A DNA stretch of 64,000 bases. It comes from Macrostomum lignano (lineage: Eukaryota). The notes below the pieces were generated by a model that did not search any database, was not told the DNA's origin, and saw only the letters and a list, made by a program, of their open reading frames with translations. Where the stretch lies: NCBI GenBank assembly GCA_002269645.1, contig NIVC01002455.1, positions 1-64,000 on the forward strand, given 5' to 3'. Both the position numbers and the translations under genes were made by a program. Positions 1 to 11,228 of this stretch are shown piece by piece; the stretch's first letter is position 1; every line of letters starts with the position of its first letter.

Positions 1-1679
1 AGCGCGGAGGCGTTGGCCATCAAATTTGGGTGTCTAAAGTTTGAGCACTATCTGGCTGGCGACCCAGACTTCACCGTGGTGACGGACCACCGACCACTCG
101 TGCCGCTTTTCAAGCCTGGCTCCCGTCCGCCACCGCGGATCGAGCGAATGGCACTGCGCATTCAGCATCTCCGCTTCAACCTGCTCTACCGGCCAGGCTC
201 GACCAACCCGGCTGACCTGCTGAGTCGGCAGCCACTGCCAGAGCGGCGTCGGAATGTAGGTGAAGAGCTCGACGCCGCCTTCATCAACGCCGTGTCGACC
301 GGGGCCGTGCCAAAGGGCTTCAGTCTCGACCAGGTTCGGGAAGCATCGCGCACCGACAGGGACGTCCAGGCGGCGCTGAACGCGATTCGAACCGGCCGCT
401 GGGACATGCGAGCGGCAGCCCAGCGCTCCTTCAAGTCCATCAGCGGCGAACTGTCAGAAAGCGACGGAGTATTACTCCGCGGTGACCTCATCGTCATCCC
501 CGAGTCGCTGCGCAGGCCGATCCTTCAACTGGCGCACACCGGTCATCTGGGCGCCGATCGCACCCTTAAACGCCTGCAGACGAAGGTGTGGTGGCCTCGG
601 ATGCGCAGCGACTGCGAGCTCTTCGTCCAGTGCTGCACACTGTGCCAGGCTGCGGCCACCGGATTGCGACAGACACCATTGAGGCCGACAGATATTCCGG
701 ACGGTGCCTGGCTGCTACTAGGTATGGATTTCTACGGCCCAGTGCAGGGCCAGATGCTCCTGGTCACCACCGACTTGTATTCAAAATACCCAGAAGTCAA
801 TTTTCTCAACTCGACGACGGCGGAGAGCGTGATCCCCACCTGCGGAGGCTGTTCGGCAGATACGGCGTCCCGATTGAGGTGGTCACCGACAACGGCCCGC
901 CATTCAGCTCGGCAGCTTTCCGCAGCTTCCTCGCTTCGTACGGCATTCACCACCGCCTCATCTGCCCGCTGCACCCAGAATCCAATGGAGCGACGGAGCG
1001 AGTCAACCGCAGCATCGGGAAAGTGATTCAGACGGCAGTGGCCGAAGGTCGTAACTGGCGGGAGGCTATCGAGGACTGGCTGTTGGCGTTCCGCACGACA
1101 CCACATCGAGCGACCGGCCGCGCACCTGCTGAGCTACTCATGGGCAGGACGATGAACGACGGCATCCCGACCATCAAACCATCACAGCTCATCGACGTTA
1201 ACCATGAAGAGGTACAGAGCTGGCACAGAAACTATGTCCAAGACATGAAGGCGCGCTTCGATGATCGCAAGGGTGTCAACGAGCACGGCGTCAGAGTCGG
1301 CAACAAAGTTCTGCGAAAGAAGCAGCAACGTAACAAACTGCAGCTGCCGTTCGAGCCACATCCTTGGACAGTCAAGCAGGTCCAGGGAGACACGTGTGTC
1401 CTGCAACGCGGCGAACAGTCCTGCATGCGCCACGTCTCGCAGCTGCGGCCCCTGGTCGGAGAGCCTGCCGGCCAGCCTGCCGGAGAGCCTGCCGGCCAGC
1501 CTGCCGGAGAGCCTGCCGGCCAGCCTGCCGGAGAGCCTGCCGGCCAACCTGCCGGCGAACCTGCCGGCCAACCTGCCGGCCAACCTGCCGGAGAGCCCGC
1601 CGGTCTACCCAGCGGTAGCATCGCCACGCGAGAACATCCAAGAGCTGCCCGTAACAGAGTGCTCAGCTACAAATTGTGA
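1..1679 (+). mobile_element. pol: Ty3/Gypsy-type LTR retrotransposon pol, 3' part (RNase H end, integrase Zn-finger and core), with one frameshift near 836-840
   Basis: ORF 13-1026 has the RNase H tail (YLAG..FTVVTDHRPL), HHCC Zn-finger (AHTGHLG...WWPRM...CTLCQ) and integrase start (MDFYGP...TDLYSKYPEV). ORF 588-1679 continues the core (RLFGRYGVPIEVVTDNGPPF...HPESNGATERVNRS...RTTPHRATGRAPAELLMGR). The frames join if one C is added to gatccccacc. The 5' part lies outside the window. Confidence 0.93.
1458..1603 (+). repeat. 12-bp tandem repeat inside the integrase C-terminus, encoding (G[E/Q]PA)n
   Basis: About 12 units of ggagagcctgcc/ggccagcctgcc, read directly. Confidence 0.95.
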
Positions 1680-2021
1680 TCCTAGGGTTTTTGTGCGTGG
1701 GCGGGCCGCTTTGATTGCTTTGGGGTTTGGGCCGGTAGTAACTGAGTAATTGAGCTCGTTTTTTTATCCCCTGAGATCTCTCTGGTTGGGGAGAATTGTA
1801 GGCACCTGCTGCCCAGTGCTTGCATAATAAGTGTTTTTAGTCCTGGTGTGCATTTCCGATGTACATCCAATATTCTTGGCTTTCTGTTTTTAATGTACGC
1901 AGTCTCAACTGCAGGGTCGCTGCTAAATATATAAATCGATCGCACAGAGCCTACAATGGATTGAGGCTTTATCGGCTACACACAACACATAACTTTCTCT
2001 CTCTCGGCTTCGCTCTCTACA

Positions 2022-2698
2022 GAACATAAGAGTAAAATGAAAAACAGGAACAAGACAGTGTCAGTTGGCCAACTTGAGACACCTAACCATCAATTGCCTG
2101 TCCACCAACGCAGCGAGGTACGTATGTAAACACATGGTTGAATCACCCAGTGCATTTGTCCACAGAGATGCCGCCAATGGTTCTGTCCACCATGTTGTAC
2201 AGAATGTCTCGCCGATAGGCCGCCATTGACTGATTCCCGTGCTGCTCAGCTATCGGAGTGATGAAATTTTGCTGGTCTGCTGCCAGTTTTCTCTTCAGAG
2301 TGCCCTTCCAACAGGAGATTGAGTTCTCCACAGGAATCAAAAATGGACTGTATGGTGGAAGCCACTTGACCTGAATGGTGTCCAGAATCTCGTAGGCTGC
2401 TTTTCCGCTCTCCCTGACCTCACGATCGTGTTCGCTGTTGACCTCTTGACTACAAGTTGGCGCGCCAGTTCCACAAGTCATCCCCAACAATCAGCAGCCC
2501 TTATGATACGGTCTCTGTCACTGTTGCTTAAACAATAGTGCAAACTATTTGGAACTGGCGCGCCAACTTGGAGTCAAGAGGTCAACAGCGAACACGATCG
2601 TGAGGTCAGGCCAGGCAATTGATGAGATGACAACTTGGTGTCTCAAGTTGGCCAACTGACACTGTCTTGTTCCTGTTTTTCATTTTACTCTTATGTTC
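2022..2698 (-). mobile_element. Internally deleted Tc1/IS630-like (DDE_3) DNA transposon derivative with ~62-bp terminal inverted repeats
   Basis: 2022-2083 is the reverse complement of 2637-2698. The minus strand encodes an HTH-like segment (DRIIRAAD...ELARQL.VKRSTANTIVR) fused directly to the DDE C-terminus (WLPPYSPFLIPVENSISCWK). Confidence 0.8.
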
Positions 2699-3469
2699 GT
2701 CGATATGCTGTGTCTTATCCCTCTGTCGAAATAGAATGTGACTTTGTTTCTTTTGAATTTCAAATCTGCGCATGCGCGTCACTCAAGGACAATTTAGGCC
2801 ACAGACAGTCTGAATTGAAGTTCTTCTGTTTCAATAGAAAGGAACTTTGTTTGATTTGAATTTCCTCAAGGGCTGATATTTCTTAAAGTGTTTGAATTGA
2901 AGTTCTGCTTGTTTCTTTTGAACAAGACTTTGTTCAAAATAGGAGGTAAATGGTGTATTAAAATTATTTTTTATTTAGCTCTGTGAGCATAAGACTTGGG
3001 ATGCCTTTGTGCGAGTAGTGTATGATTATCATCAGCAGAGTGCGTTTGAGAGAAAGAAATCGTCTATCTAGTGTAAATAAGATCTATGGACAACACACAT
3101 TTTTTTAATTTGTCACAAAAGCCCACGCTTTCAAGTCCTGCATTGGGGCAGAGCAGTTCAGTGGAAAACGCGGCGCCTGACTCTCTCGCGCCACGACCTG
3201 TTCGGCCACATTCATTCGGGGCTTTTTGTGTGCTCGAACATTGGCCAGAGATAATTCACTTTGTACTGCGGCAATAGGAACAGTGCGACCGCTGCTTTTC
3301 GTCAGTAAAAAAAAGCTTAAAAAGCCGACATGGGTGCTTAAATTTTGAGTTCAGTAGCTTAGGGACGTAGTCGCTATTTTTTAAGAAGTTAATAGAACTT
3401 CTAATTAAGTTGGAGTAGATCAAAGATCATATATAAGATCTATGGAGTAGATAAGTTCAACACACAGTG

Positions 3470-3905
3470 AATAGATTTCGACTATCAGCAGAGCTCTGGA
3501 AAAGCGGAAGAAAATTGTTGGTAGAGACGCTGTTGTTGACATTCCAGCGGTACTCAACAACCCACAGACGGTTGCGAGAAGGCAGCAGTTTGTCCAGTGG
3601 CTCACGAGCGTTCAGACCAAATTGATTATTGTTGTACCAAATTAAATGCCGCTGTGCCAGCCTTGCTACCATAGACAAAAGCTCCGTTGCATTGGCAAAC
3701 GTATCTTGAATTAAATTCAATGCGCGTAAGCCCAAATGGGCTGCAAAAAGCAAATATTAGAGACCGGCTCAATGTTAAACTCGAGGTTTTCTTGGACTCA
3801 TGGTTGCAACTGTATGAAAATGTCATTCTGCACCATTTTCCAAAATTTGATTCTGCCGCTCAGCGTCGGATCGACGCATTGAAAGAAGAGGCTACTGTAT
3901 TATGA
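3470..3905 (+). pseudogene. Possible degenerate Tc1/IS630-like transposase middle region
   Basis: The plus frame reads ISTISRALEKRKK...PAVLNNPQTVARRQQFVQWL...LIIV and later VSPNGL. This resembles the HTH-to-first-Asp region of IS630/Tc1 transposases, but it is interrupted by stops and the similarity was judged by eye only. Confidence 0.35.
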
Positions 3906-4446
3906 GATAAAGACGCACATGTATGCTTAAGAACGACCAGCAGTTAACTATTGTTAGCACTGACAATAGGGAAAGTTTAATATACGAGTTATTTAATGTT
4001 TGTCATGCCCCGATTTTAAAAGAAGATTTTAGTTTAACGGACTGACCAATTAAAGTTTTATTGAAAATAGAATAAAAATTCTTCGGCCAAGAACATTTTT
4101 TGCTAGCTTTTAGAAGACTAGTTTGCCAATAGCATGCCACTCAAAGTTATTCTTCTTTAAAACTGTGTTAATGGCGTCTAGCGTCGTGTTTTGTGTACGC
4201 GGTTGAGACCGCTGCGTGCTGTTGCCAACCACTCAGTGATGAGTCCCTCCCAGACTGACCCCCTCTTGTCTATACAGTACTGTGTGTTAGCTCTCATGCT
4301 AGTGAGGTTAGCACAAAACCACACCTGCGGTACAGCTCATTAGCCAAGCATATCTAAAATGCAGTATCAAAAAGTAGTTAAACTAATTATAGGAATGCAA
4401 AGTTGATTTTCCATACAAGATTTATCAATTAACACGACAGCCTTTT

Positions 4447-5040
4447 ATGATTGCACTGCTGTCATCAATGATTGCACTGCTGTCATCAATGATTGCACTG
4501 CTGTCATCAATGATTGCACTGTTGTCATCAATGATTGCACTGTTGTCATCGATGATTCCACTGTTGTCATCAATGATTGCAATGCTGTCATCGATGATTG
4601 CACTGCTGTCATCTATGATTGGACTGCTGTTATCAATGATTGCACTGTTGTCATCAATGATTGCACTGTTGTCATCGATGATTCCACTGTTGTCATCAAT
4701 GATTGCGATGCTGTCATCGATGATTGCACTGCTGTCATCTATGATTGGACTGCTGTTATCAATGATTGCACTGTTGTCATCAATGATTGCACTGTTGTCA
4801 TCGATGATTCCACTGTTGTCATCAATGATTGCAATGCTGTCATCAATGATTTCACTATTGTCATCAATGATTGCAATGCTGTCATCGATGATTGCACTGC
4901 TGTCATCTATGATTGGACTGCTGTTATCAATGATTGCAATGCTGTCATCAATGATTTCACTATTGTCATCAATGATTTCACTATTGTCATCAATGATTGC
5001 ACTGCTGTCATCAATGATTGCACTGCTGTCATCTATGATG
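4447..5040. repeat. 21-bp minisatellite (atgattgcactgctgtcatca), ~28 units
   Basis: Direct reading. It explains the MIALLSS and SAIIDD repeat ORFs on both strands. Confidence 0.95.
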
Positions 5041-5955
5041 GCAGCGCTATGAGACGGCACGTTGCAAAAATTTAATCAATTATTTTAGCCCACAATACTA
5101 AAATGACTGGTGTATATTTAGTTAGGTATGCGATTGATTTCAGAAAAAAAGCTCAAACGATTTTCCTGTAACTTAAAATGCTACCAAAACAGTTTAAACA
5201 AAACTCATAGCAAAAGCGTTTTCGAACGTTTAAATGTTGCTTTACTTAAGTCTTAGTAGTTGAAAGTCAAAGAATGCAGGTATTGTGGTCAGAGAAGCAG
5301 GTATATGAAGGCGCTTTGCTTTGCTTTTTTGGAGAAGGCAGACTTGCACAATGGCCGGTTTTTAACCAAGCTTAAACATCGCACGACTACGCAGGAATGA
5401 AAAGCTTTAGAATGCTTGAAATTTATGTCAACAAGTCTATTCACAAAGAAGTCGCCAGAGAAGAGAAATAAAATATGAAATGAAATTCTGGCGCACTGCG
5501 AGCCACAATGCTCAGCGCTGGCTATTTTAGTTTATTGCCAAGAGAAACAACATAAAGCCTGGCAATTGCATTCTCAGCCGAGCTGCCCCCTCAATATGGT
5601 TGCTATGGCCTTAAAGTCATGCCTAGCAGCAGGGGTTTGCAGATCACGCCACCCGAGAGACTGTGCTCTCCTGCCCTGCTCAAACTCTGCGCGCGGCTCA
5701 CGCCATGGCGCGACCGTCGCCGCCATGTTACACCGGACGCCCCCCTGGCACAGCGCAGCGAAAGCAAGCAACCCCCCCCCCCAGTCAGTTTGCCATTGGC
5801 ACACATCTCGCACCCCGCCGCAGTGAGGTGGGCTTGGATCAGGGCGTCTCCGCCGTTGAATATTTAATGCTCCGTGTGCCCAGCCCAGTTCTCACACAAG
5901 CCCCGAATTAACTATCGCGAACTGACCAGTGAGCTGAACTCGAACAGACCGAAAG

Positions 5956-6378
5956 ATGGGAGGAGAGTTTCAGAATGGACTTTGCGGCTGCTTCAATGAC
6001 TGCGGTAAGTTGATTCACACTTGCAGTTCCAGCTAAAACCACAAGTTCCTCACCGTGCGACACTGGACCAATGCACTGCCTTTGAAATTATCCGCAGGTC
6101 TGTGCGTGATCACCTATTTTGTCCCCTGCTACACCTTCGGCAAGAACGCCGAAGCGGTCGGGCAGAGCTGCGTACTATGCGGCTTGGGCATGTTCTTCGG
6201 CTTCGCCATCTGCCTGGGCCCGTTCATCCGCGGCAAAATCCGCGAGAAGCAGGGCATCGACGGCAGCTGCTGCGGAGACGTGCTGACCTGGTGGTTCTGC
6301 TCGTTCTGCGCCCTGATGCAGGAGGCCCAGGAGGTCAAGGGTCTCAGTCCTAGCGGGGCTGCTATCGAGAGAGAATGA
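5956..6378 (+). CDS. PLAC8/cornifelin-family Cys-rich protein, 2 exons (5956-6004, 6098-6378), 109 aa
   Basis: Spliced product MGGEFQNGLCGCFNDCGLCVITYFVPCYTFGKNAE...IRGKIREKQGIDGSCCGDVLTWWFCSFCALMQEAQE carries the PLAC8 motifs (GLCGCFxD, PC, IR..IR...I.GS...D, C..CAL.QE). The 93-nt intron is GT-AG and in phase. Confidence 0.93.
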
Positions 6379-7476
6379 AAGCTGCGACTGACTACGCACC
6401 ATCACGAACTACCCACGCTGGTTATCGTATAAACGACACTAATGTAGCACTTTAGTTTGAAACATGACCCGTTAATCTCTTTTTTCTCGCTCCCTCAAGC
6501 AGGCTTTTTTTCCCAGCTGAAAAAAATCAATGACTTATTTGTTCGATTTTAAATAAACGAGTTTTATAACAGTGCATCTATAGTAAGCATACTATGAAGT
6601 AGAAAAGTACGATTGCAACAACGGTGTGCATGTGTTCAAGCGAATTTGCGACAGCAATGCGGTGGGCTAAAACTGAACTGTGATAAAGTATTGTGCAGAA
6701 CTTTAAACAAAAGATTGCATGCTGAGCAGATCTGCTCAAACAGACAGACTCTTGGGCGTATCGTAGGAAATTCTAATTAAAATTCTTTCCAAGCTGCATC
6801 TGGTTCGAGACTGTGTGCCTCTCTTTGTCTTGCTGGTTCGTTTACTCAGAGAGCAGCGTTTAAACAATCTAAGGCTTCTTTTAAAGCCGTCCTATTTTGT
6901 AGAGCGTCTTTCAAAAAACTTACAAAAGTTTTAGTCTTATCTACTACTAAAAGTATTGAGATTGAATGGCCAAGGCGGACAAGGTGCTTCCGGAGCTATA
7001 CATGCTGAAATGTTTGGCCTCAGAAAGTATAGTTACCAGGAACGCACCAGAAAGACAGCTGGGGACTTTGGACTGGGATGAGGGAGTGTTTCCACTGTAC
7101 AATGCATTTCGCTTCACTGCCCTCGAATTTTCAGCTGCGTCCCACACAGAGTCAGGCCCGGCCCCGTGTGAACCAGAATCTGAAAGAACATTGAGGGATG
7201 AGGGAAAGGGAGGGTTCAGTCCCGAGGTTTGAATGCGGCTAATATCTTTTACTGCAGGAAAGGCTTGGAACCTTTCGATCCTGCACAAACAAGAGGGATG
7301 GGATGAGGGGTGAACCAGGCGGAACACTAGAGACCCAGGTACCTGACCTAACGGAAGAATCTGTAGACTGAAGCAAATAAGAGGCTGCAATTCCTTGGCT
7401 CGATCCATTGGCAAGACAGTATTACAGTTTGAAAAATTGAAAAAGGTGCGATTGATTGACAAACAGCAAGAAAGCA

Positions 7477-9671
7477 ATGCCGACAGTTCGCAGTGTTGTC
7501 AGGAACTTCCACGAGTATGGTCACAGAACGTCAATGCACGGTCTGGGCCATATGTACCAGAGCGGCGATCTGTGCCGGAAGGCGTTCTGGTTCGTGCTGA
7601 CCATTGCGGGAACCTGCGCCTGCTTCTTCCACGTGATCATGACGGTGCAGAACTACTTGGAGACGCCGGTCACCTCCATTCTGATTGATGACGCAGCGAT
7701 GGCCGAGTTCCCGGATGTGACCCTGTGCAACTTGAAGCCGATGTCCGAGTCGCTGGGCGAGTACTACAAGGATGTGGTGCACCAGCACTTTGAAGACAAT
7801 TGGGGCTTCTTTGAGCAGTGGTGGCCTAATGAGAGAAAACGGCAGGTTAATGAGTCCCGAGTTGACTATCAGCGAAGACTTAGGAAAATATTTGAGCGCT
7901 ACCTGCAGATATTCTGGGTGTCGGACGACAGCCGAGACCTCGGCATGATGGACAAGGTGATGCTGCTGCACTGCTCCTTCAATGGAATTCCGTGCGGCCA
8001 CAAGAACTTCAGTCTGGTGCAGAACTACCGGTACTGGAACTGCTACACGTTCAGTCCGTCGCCGCAATTCAGATTTGCAAGCAGCGGTCACACTGAGGAC
8101 ACGGGCTTGAATCTGATTCTGTACACGGATAGCAACTTTCACGAGTCAATCTACGACCAATTCGCTGCTTATAGTCGACAAAAGTTTGACGAAGAAGAGA
8201 TGACGCATCCCTATTCGCTAAAGGAGTACATTACGACAGGTGGACGCACTTTCAATAGAATTCTTTCAGGCGGGCGGTACGACATTGAAGGCATTAGAAT
8301 CTGGCTGCACATGAGAGTTGATCATCCCATGATGTGTAAGTTTTAATCTGATTTACTGTGTGAAACGCCTGTATTAATATGCAAGTAAATACACGCATGC
8401 GTGCCATGCCATTTTATTTCCAGCCTCGATATACAACGACGTTCAAAACGGCAAGTCGGCTTTGGTTCACGTGGATCAGATGCAATACGTGACTCTGAAC
8501 CAGCCAGGCGAGCGGCAATGCACCAATGATCCGCAGGAGATCATTGAGTACACAACCAGCTTCGGTCACAACCCCAGCACCGAGAGGAAGCGCCGGTACA
8601 CCAAAACCGACAGAGAATTCGCGGTGGAGGCGAAGCAGCAATTCGTGTTCGATAACTGCGGCTGTTATTCGCATCATTTCCCTTTCCACGTCAATCTGAC
8701 GCAGCTCTGCTATTTCGTGCCGCTGGCGCTCAGGCGACACCCGAGCAAGAAGCTGCTGGACCGCGTAGCTTGCCACGACGAACACCTGCGCATAGCTGAA
8801 GAGAACTCGTACAATTTTATCCAGGACTACCTCAAGTACAAGCCCTGTGAGTACAGGAAGTTCACCACATTCAAGACCATCAGCACATGGCCTAGAAGCG
8901 ATGAGCACATCGACTTTGTGAACGAGTTCCTCATCCCCAAGATGCAGAGCGGCAAGGAGTTCATCGGCAAAGGAGACGCTCACGTGCATCACATTTTCAA
9001 TTTTACCAATGAAAACTCTGCCGCGTTATTAAATAAACCGATCTTGAGCCACGAGGAGCTGGCACTGAGTCGACTGCTCAACCAGGATTGTCATCCGAAC
9101 AAGAGTGCGGAGGACTCAATCCGCGACATGTGGTGCTTAGACAAGGAAAAGATGGCCTACAACGTGCTGCAAGTGATTATCAGACTTACTTCACCAGCGG
9201 CTGCGAAATACGAGGAGAAATTCAGCTACGAATGGCCGGAAGCTCTCTCTGAAGTGAGTTACTGAAGTCCTGAAGCAGGGAGAGCGTATGTTTTGCGACC
9301 TGTAATTATTTAATGATCCTTAAATATGCTGAAGCTTAGAATCAAGCTTTGCTCATGTAACGTCGCATAGGTCTCAGCTTAATAAAAATTGCTACACAAC
9401 ATCACTATTTCATTTATCTCAGATCGGTGGAATATTCGGCCTGTGGGTTGGAATGAGCCTGCTGACTTTCTTCGAATTCATTGAGCTTTTCTACGTCATG
9501 GTCGTCAGCCGCGATTCCAGGCCTCAGCAGCAGCCGAGCGGCGATCGCGAGAGTCTGCCAAATAGCAGCAGCATGCAGCATCAGATGGAGCTGCTGCTCA
9601 GCCGCCTGATGGAGGAGGAAACGATCCGGCGAGCTCCCGGTCCCGTACAGATGACAGCAGGGCGACGGTGA
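7477..9671 (+). CDS. DEG/ENaC-family amiloride-sensitive Na+ channel subunit, paralogue 1; exons 7477-8335, 8424-9253, 9423-9671 (645 aa)
   Basis: N-terminal TSMHG (HG motif), TM1 FWFVLTIAGTCACFFHV, FPDVTLCN, NCYTF, GLNLIL, Cys-rich thumb, and TM2 LSE|[21 protein letters not shown] with the GxS filter. Both GT-AG introns are phase-compatible. Confidence 0.92.
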
Positions 9672-10514
9672 CATCGGCATTAAAACGCCTGGCCGAATAT
9701 TTACCCAAGCGACGGCTAACTTTTCCAAGAGTGCTCGCGGCAGTTACGTTGAAATTGGTACAATTACTACATTTTCTTTTGCTAACAATTTTCATCTGAT
9801 TTTAACGTGCTTGAAGATTGATCGTAGTAATGTACTGTGATGTCATCCAGAATGCATCCCGTGACTTCGAGATATGAAGCTCTATAATACTGTAGAGGCC
9901 AGTGAAACTTGAGTATTCAGCAATGCTGAGGACAAAGTCTACGAGCCATCCACTATCCACCATCAAAAGCTGCCGCAGCAGCACAACTCTGCACCAAGCC
10001 TACTGCATCCGAAATAGAGAAATTGTATTCGCGAGAAGGCTTGACCGCGTGCACTTTGATAACAAAGACAGCCGTATTGATTTTTTCGACTCCTTTCGAT
10101 TATTTTCGTTACCAAGTTATAGCGTTGATCCTGCCACTATTGCACAGGTAAGGGGAAAGCCAGTAAAAGACTGCCCTGCAAAACCAGTTCAAGTTCTTTG
10201 TAAGGATTTACACAGATGAATCGAAGTGTTTTGGTAATCTAAACAGTTATGTAAACAATTGCATATTGTAGCATGGAATCGGTGAAAAAACGAATAAGCT
10301 TAGTTTTCAGGAGTCATATATAATAGTCAGCACTGTGTAAGTTACACTTAAACTTTCTGCACATAGGTAGAATAATCTATGTTACATTGGTTTCAAATTT
10401 CTATAAGGAAATCAGGTAAAAACTACTTGCTTGGCTTTTGCTTCAGGTTTACTATGGTAAAGTAGAAAGCCATGAACCCACTCAGCTTCGTACTGATGGG
10501 TATTTTATCGTATA

Positions 10515-10659
10515 GGGGGTTGTAGCCTAGTGGTTAGAGCGTCGGACTCACGACTGAAAGGTCGGGGGTTCGATTCTAGATACAACTCAGAACAATTTGT
10601 GTCCTTGAGCAAGACACTTAACTCTGCATTGCTTCAGTTCACCCAGCTGTAAAATGGGT
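10515..10659 (+). mobile_element. tRNA-derived SINE with CORE(MIR)-like domain, 3'-truncated copy
   Basis: Pol III A box (tagcctagtgg) and B box (ggttcgattc) followed by gtgtccttgagcaagacacttaac...cttcagttcacccagctgtaaaatggg. A related copy lies at 30905-31143. Confidence 0.8.
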
Positions 10660-11228
10660 TTTGGCACAATTTCAAAAGTAGTTAAAATTAATACTAGCTC
10701 ATAGTTGCTACTAAAATCAGAAAGTCTCTGCCATTCCTTTTGCAGCTTCATTGGCAAAGAATTAAATTCAAAAAAATTTGACAAACACGAGAAAGAAATC
10801 TTAATCCGCTAAATTTAATTGTCACACGCTTTTTAAAAATTGGGTAGGCTTCCCAGCTGAGGTCACGAACACAGCGACCATGTTGTCGCTTTGGATTGCA
10901 TTGCGACGCTAATTGCTATTCATTTTGGAATAAACCGAACTGGAAACTCACTGGGCAATTTGCCTGGTTCAGTTCACTCACGGCATGATAATGAGAGTGG
11001 AACAGTAAATGGGGAGTCATATCTGAGCTGCGAATCTTGCGCTGACCGGAAGCCGGAAGTTATAGAAACAATTTGGCCAACCCTCGGACCAAGCGCTCAT
11101 CCATTGGGCCTGAACTCGGATGAGCATAATTTCCCCAGTTAATTGCCTGTCATATAAGCATACTCACCAAACTCGGGAAAGCTCCACTCCCTTAGTCCCA
11201 CTGCACCTGCCCAGCCTAGCAGCCAGCC

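Noticed and set aside
1675-1990. 3' LTR of the Gypsy element (TG...CA)
   Set aside because: No polypurine tract precedes it and the 5' LTR is outside the window, so it cannot be verified.
4425-5060. Repeat proteins (SAIIDD)n and (MIALLSS)n
   Set aside because: By-products of a 21-bp minisatellite, with no flanking coding context.
6966-7232. 88-aa ORF as an upstream exon of DEG/ENaC paralogue 1
   Set aside because: No phase-compatible splice to the acceptor at 7466 was found, and paralogue 2 starts at the equivalent Met without it.
10515-10590. Functional tRNA gene
   Set aside because: A and B boxes are present, but the T-stem and anticodon stem do not pair, and it runs directly into a SINE body with a diverged second copy.
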